This document shows, in pieces, positions 59,465 to 64,000 of a DNA stretch of 64,000 nucleotides. The position numbers and the translations under genes were made by a program. This DNA comes from Terriglobia bacterium (GTDB taxonomy: Bacteria > Acidobacteriota > Terriglobia > JAJPHL01 > JAPKYU01): assembly GCA_965206645.1 (NCBI GenBank), contig CBDBKE010000003.1, forward strand, positions 320,001 to 384,000. Direction: 5' to 3'. The notes under the pieces are model-generated. The model ran no database searches. It was not told the DNA's origin and saw only the letters and a program-made list of their open reading frames with translations. Within the stretch, counting starts at the first letter, position 1. Every line of letters starts with the position of its first letter.

Positions 59465-61627
59465 TTAAGCCTGTTCCAGCGGTTTGCGGGCGAACAGATA
59501 GAGGACGAGAGCTAGCAGCAGGAACATGGCCAGCGCCAGCAGGTCGCTGGTGGCAAAGTCGCCCAAAATCCCAGGCCCGATCGCAAATTTTTCCTCCAAC
59601 TTATTGGCGCGGATGGGAGCAATGACCAGCAGACCCACCAGCGCACCTGCGGCAATCAGGCCCGAGCCGAACAGCTCCCCGCTGCCCACCTCGCTTTCGC
59701 CGTGTGCCCCGGCCGCGGCAGCCGGTTTGCGGTTGCGCTCCACAAGCCAGCGCACCGCGCCGCCGCCAAAAATGGCGGCACTGGTGGAGATCGGCAGGTA
59801 GGTGCCCACTGCAAAGGCCAGCGAGGGCACCCCGAGCAACTCGACCACGATTACCAGGAACACCCCCAGCAGCACCAGGCGCCAGGGCAGGTTTTGACTG
59901 AGGATGCCGTTGATCACCGTGGACATCAACAGTGCCTGCGGCGCCGGCAGCCGCTCGGAGCCGATTCCGTGCGCCAGTTGATACTGGATCTGGCCGGTGG
60001 CCGGATCGGCGTAGTAGGTGCCGTCGGGAACCTGGCGGGAGCCGATCACCGTCAGCCGTTGGTACTGCCGGCCCTGGTATTCCACCGTGCCCTCGGATTT
60101 GGCTTCCGCCAGCGCGTGCGCATCCACGGCAAGAGTAATTTCGTGCACTCGGGTTTCCGATTGGTTCAGGTAGGTGATCGTGTAGCCGATCACCATCACC
60201 GAAACCAGCGTCCCTACGATCAAGGCGAGCTGCATGCGCCACGGTGTGCCGCCCACCAGGAAGCCGGTCTTCAGATCCTGCGAAGTAGCTCCGCCGTTGG
60301 CAGCGGCAATGCACACGACTGCCCCAATAGATAGCGCCACGGCGGGGAAGACGCCCCCGGTCCAGCCCACCAGTAGAAACAGCAGCGAGGTGGCCATCAG
60401 CGTCGCAATGGTCATGCCGGAAATCGGGTTGGCCGAGCTGCCGATGATTCCCACAACCCGTGAGGACACGGTGACGAAGAGAAACCCGAAGATCACCATC
60501 AGGACGGCGGCGATCAGGTTGCCGAGCGGAGCGCCAGGATTGATGTTGAACTGCAGCAGCCCCCAGATCACGACCAGCAGCACCAGTGAGCCGCCCAACA
60601 CCAGTGTCAGGGGCAGGTCCTGGTCGGTGCGCAGGCGGGCTTCGCGTTCCTCCCGTCCTTCACGACCCGCCAGCAGATCGCGCACGCCGGCGCGGAACGA
60701 CTCCACAATGGTGGGGATGGTGCGCCACACTGTGAACAGTCCCGCCATGGCCACCGCGCCCGCGCCGATCGGGCGGATGTAGTTGTGCCAGATCTGGCCG
60801 GCACTCATCTCGGCGATGGGAATGGTGCCGGGGAAGATGGGCGTCGTGAGGTTTCCGCCGAAAAACTTGATGGCCGGAATCAGCACCAGCCAGGACAGCA
60901 CGCCTCCGGCAATGATCGTGCCCGCGATTCGCGGCCCAATGATGTAGCCCACCCCCAGGTATTCCGGAGTGATGTTGCCAGCCACCGTGCCACCCGGATA
61001 CCAGCGCGGCTGATAGATGGGCGTGTCTTTCCAGAACTGCAAGCCCTCCATCAGGAACTTGTAGACCGCTCCGATGCCCAGCCCCCAGAAGACCCTGCCG
61101 GCGAAGGAGCCACCGCGCTCGCCGGCCACCAGAACGTCGGCGCAGGCGGTTCCTTCCGGATAGGTGAGGTTGCCGTGCTCCTTCACGATCAGGTAGCGCC
61201 GCAGCGGGATCATGAACAGCACGCCCAGGCAGCCGCCTACCAGCGCAACCAGGAAGATGCGCGAGGGCGTGAAGTATTCGGCGAACCCCAGGAAAATCAG
61301 TGCCGGCAGGGTAAAGACGACGCCGGCGGCGATGGACTCGCCGGCGGAGCCTGCCGTTTGCACAATGTTGTTTTCCAGGATGGTGGCCCGCCCCAGGCGC
61401 TTGAACAGAGCGATGGCCAGCACGGCGATGGGGACCGAGGCGCTCACCGTCAGCCCCGCCCGCAAGGCCAGGTAGACGGTGACCGCCCCGAAAACCAGCC
61501 CAAAGAAGGCGCCTAAGAGAACCGCCTTGACCGTGAACTCCGCTGGCGACTCCTGGGGCGACACATAGGGCTTGAAGGCGGCCGCCGCCTCAGTCTGCGA
61601 GTGTGTCACCTGGGGCTTCTCAGCCAT
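59465..61627 (-). CDS. OPT-family oligopeptide transporter
   Basis: YLALRAGLTVSASVP, ENNIVQT, YPEGTACA, NPISGM, SQDLKTG, LPAPQA. Confidence 0.95.
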   Translation of the reverse strand: MAEKPQVTHSQTEAAAAFKPYVSPQESPAEFTVKAVLLGAFFGLVFGAVTVYLALRAGLTVSASVPIAVLAIALFKRLGRATILENNIVQTAGSAGESIAAGVVFTLPALIFLGFAEYFTPSRIFLVALVGGCLGVLFMIPLRRYLIVKEHGNLTYPEGTACADVLVAGERGGSFAGRVFWGLGIGAVYKFLMEGLQFWKDTPIYQPRWYPGGTVAGNITPEYLGVGYIIGPRIAGTIIAGGVLSWLVLIPAIKFFGGNLTTPIFPGTIPIAEMSAGQIWHNYIRPIGAGAVAMAGLFTVWRTIPTIVESFRAGVRDLLAGREGREEREARLRTDQDLPLTLVLGGSLVLLVVIWGLLQFNINPGAPLGNLIAAVLMVIFGFLFVTVSSRVVGIIGSSANPISGMTIATLMATSLLFLLVGWTGGVFPAVALSIGAVVCIAAANGGATSQDLKTGFLVGGTPWRMQLALIVGTLVSVMVIGYTITYLNQSETRVHEITLAVDAHALAEAKSEGTVEYQGRQYQRLTVIGSRQVPDGTYYADPATGQIQYQLAHGIGSERLPAPQALLMSTVINGILSQNLPWRLVLLGVFLVIVVELLGVPSLAFAVGTYLPISTSAAIFGGGAVRWLVERNRKPAAAAGAHGESEVGSGELFGSGLIAAGALVGLLVIAPIRANKLEEKFAIGPGILGDFATSDLLALAMFLLLALVLYLFARKPLEQA

Positions 61628-61816
61628 AGCACGCTCCTTTGGGGCTGCCGCGCGGGCTGTGGCCACGGGCGCAAGCATCGCACGTTACCATCGGCATGAG
61701 GGAGGGTCAAGCTGGCAAACGTCCCATCAGCGATCCCCTTTTTGGCTTTCAGTAGGCAGTAAGGAGCAGAAATAGGCGCTCGGTTTGCCGACTGCCTACT
61801 GCGTACTGCCTATTGC

Positions 61817-62269
61817 CTACTGGCTGCTCAGCCGGGCGCGCACCTTCTCATTGACCTGCTTGCCGTCCGCCCGACGGCCCGCCAGCCGGGCCATCGCGGC
61901 TTTCATGACCGCACCCATCTGTTTCGCGGAGGTCGCGCCGGTTTCCGCAATCGCAGCCTCGATGGCCGCTTCCAACTCCGACTCGCTGACCGGGGCGGGC
62001 AGATACTCTTCCAGGATGCGGATTTCAGCTTCTTCCTTTCCGGCAAGCTCCTCGCGCCCGCCTTTTCGGTACTGCTCGATGGAATCCCGGCGCTGCTTGA
62101 TCAATGTGGAGAACACCTGCTGGCACTCTGCCTCGTCCAGCGTTTTGCGCTTCTCCACCTCCCGGTTGCGAACTGCGGTTTTCATCATGCGCAGGACACT
62201 CAGACGCAGTTCGTCCTTTCGACGCATGGCGTCGGCCAGTTCTGCTTGAACGCGCTCCTGAACCGTCAT
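61817..62269 (-). CDS. GatB/YqeY domain protein
   Basis: KQRRDSIEQY-KGGR-ELA-KE--E...YLP, MGAVMK. Confidence 0.93.
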   Translation of the reverse strand: MTVQERVQAELADAMRRKDELRLSVLRMMKTAVRNREVEKRKTLDEAECQQVFSTLIKQRRDSIEQYRKGGREELAGKEEAEIRILEEYLPAPVSESELEAAIEAAIAETGATSAKQMGAVMKAAMARLAGRRADGKQVNEKVRARLSSQ

Positions 62270-62335
62270 GGTGTCGACCGGTGTGTTATTCTAGCTTGTC
62301 TACGGCTCTTCTTGGCGTTCCTCAGGTGAATCTTC

Positions 62336-63496
62336 ATGATTCGTAAGCCACGGCTTTTCACTCCCGGGCCGACACCCCTGTTGCCGGAGGCCCGGCAGGC
62401 GCTGGCGGCAGCCGATCTGCACCACCGCAGCGCCGAATTCCGCCGCATTTTCCGCAACGTTCTGGAGGACTTGAAGTATTTCTACGGGACCGAGAACCAG
62501 GTGATCCTGTTCACCAGTTCCGGGACCGGCGCCATGGAGGCAGCCATTTCCAACCTGTTCTCCGCCGGCGAGCGCGTCCTGGTCGCTACCTCGGGCAAGT
62601 TCGGTGAGCGCTGGGTGGAGTTGGCGAATGCCTTCGGGCTGGAGGTGGAATGCGTGGCCGCGCCCTACGGCCAGGCGGTGCCGGCAGCCGCGGTGGCTGA
62701 GAAGATGCGCGGCGGTGAATTCCGCGGCGTCTTCATCCAGGCCACGGAAAGCTCCACTGGGGTCCGCCAGGATGTGCGCGGCATCGCCGAAGCTGCACGC
62801 GCCGCCCGGGGTGAGCCCTTGATGGTGGTGGACGCCGTCACCGGCCTGGGCACCACCGCGCTCGAAGTCGACGAATGGGGCCTGGACGTGGTGATCAGCG
62901 GTTCGCAGAAGGCACTGATGATTCCACCCGGGCTGGCCTTTGCCAGCGTCAGCGAGCGCGCCTGGCGACGCATGGAGACTGCCCGGCTGCCGCGTTACTA
63001 CTTTGACTTCCGCAAGGAACGCAGCGCTGCGCAGAACGGCGAAGCCGCCTTCACCCCGGCTACCGCTCTGGTGCTGGGTCTGGCGGAAGTCTTGCGCTAC
63101 GTGCGCGAGCTGGGCCGCGAGCGCCTGATCGCCAACGCCCACCTGCTGGCCGAAGCCACCCGGGCGGCAGTGAGAGCGCTCGGCCTGAAGTTGTTTGCTC
63201 CCGACTCTCCTTCGGACGCCATCACGGCCGTCTGCGCACCCGAGGGCCTGGACTCGGGTGCCATCCTCCAGCAGGTGCGGTCGCAATTCGGCCTGGCGCT
63301 AGCCAACGGACAAAGCAGCCTCAAAGGCCGCATCTTTCGCATCGCTCACCTGGGCTACGTCGATCTCTCCGAAACGCTGGGCCTGCTGGCCTCCCTGGAG
63401 ATCGCGCTCCAGACGCTGCACGTGCCGGTGTCGCTGGGTGCGGGGGTGCGTGCCGCCCAAGAAATCTACTTGCGCGAGACCGAGAAAACCGAATGA
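62336..63496 (+). CDS. Class V PLP aminotransferase (serine-glyoxylate/phosphoserine type)
   Basis: LFTPGPT, HHRS, SGTGAME, GKFGERW, VDAVT, GSQKALM-PPG. Confidence 0.92.
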   Translation: MIRKPRLFTPGPTPLLPEARQALAAADLHHRSAEFRRIFRNVLEDLKYFYGTENQVILFTSSGTGAMEAAISNLFSAGERVLVATSGKFGERWVELANAFGLEVECVAAPYGQAVPAAAVAEKMRGGEFRGVFIQATESSTGVRQDVRGIAEAARAARGEPLMVVDAVTGLGTTALEVDEWGLDVVISGSQKALMIPPGLAFASVSERAWRRMETARLPRYYFDFRKERSAAQNGEAAFTPATALVLGLAEVLRYVRELGRERLIANAHLLAEATRAAVRALGLKLFAPDSPSDAITAVCAPEGLDSGAILQQVRSQFGLALANGQSSLKGRIFRIAHLGYVDLSETLGLLASLEIALQTLHVPVSLGAGVRAAQEIYLRETEKTE

Positions 63497-64000
63497 AGGT
63501 CGTCGTCGCCGAGAAGATTTCCCGTCGTGGCATCGAGTTGCTGAAGTCGGAGCGCTGGAAGGTCGTAGAAACCCCCAGCACCGAGGAGCTGCCGTGGGCG
63601 CTGAAGGATGCCGACGCGCTCATCTTGCGCGGGGGCGTCCAGGTTACAACCGAAGTATTGGAACGGGCGCCAACCCTGCGGGTGGTGGGACGAGCCGGCG
63701 TGGGCGTGGACAATGTGGACCTGGAGGCGGCCACCAAGCGAGGTGTGCTGGTGCTGAACACGCCAGGCGGCAACGCCGTCAGCGTCGCCGAACACACCTT
63801 GGCCCTGATGTTCGCGCTGGCGCGCGCGATTCCTCAGGCCAACCAGTCGGTCAAACAAGGCCGTTGGGAAAAGAAGCACTTCATGGGCCGCGAGCTGCGC
63901 GAGAAGACGCTGGGCGTCGTGGGCCTGGGCCGCACTGGGGTGGAGGTCGCCAAGCGGGCGCGCGCCCTGGAGATGAAGGTGCTAGCTCACGACCCCTATG
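63493..64000 (+). CDS. serA: D-3-phosphoglycerate dehydrogenase, 5' part (runs off the window)
   Basis: ATGA overlap with the upstream gene; MKVVVAEKIS, VGRAGVGVDNVD, NTPGGNAVSVAEH, KTLGVVGLG. Confidence 0.9.
   Translation, partial: MKVVVAEKISRRGIELLKSERWKVVETPSTEELPWALKDADALILRGGVQVTTEVLERAPTLRVVGRAGVGVDNVDLEAATKRGVLVLNTPGGNAVSVAEHTLALMFALARAIPQANQSVKQGRWEKKHFMGRELREKTLGVVGLGRTGVEVAKRARALEMKVLAHDPY

Overview
GC-rich bacterial chromosomal segment, most likely from an Acidobacteriota genome (inferred from an Acidobacterial-type VWA protein, a PheT lacking the OB domain and an insert in SecA). Most of it is housekeeping: an A1-type cytochrome c oxidase operon, pilS/pilR, tadA with tRNA-Ser(CGA), biotin carboxylase, thrS-infC-rpmI-rplT-pheS-pheT-zapB-like-zapA-ymdB, secA-ftsA-ftsZ, a lipid A/inner-core cluster, HU, an OPT transporter and a class V aminotransferase-serA pair. 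The standout is an approximately 9 kb corrinoid/folate methyl-transfer locus (48323-57281). A FadR regulator and purU lie divergent from eight co-oriented genes: an unknown internally duplicated CGxxH protein, an MtaA/CmuA-type Zn methyltransferase, a corrinoid protein, a small 4-Cys protein, a RACo activator, a MetF-MetV fusion, an AcsE-like pterin methyltransferase and a 'virulence factor'-family protein. It looks like an anaerobe-style demethylation module for an unknown substrate in an organism that also encodes an aerobic oxidase. Other oddities are a decaying SBP56 (methanethiol oxidase-like) island after the tRNA, a doubly frameshifted pilR, ATG-bearing 22-bp repeats before pheS, an 11-bp repeat array at the hldA/hldC junction, a repeat-extended L20 and dispersed heptamer arrays. 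All calls come from reading the sequence; no searches were run.
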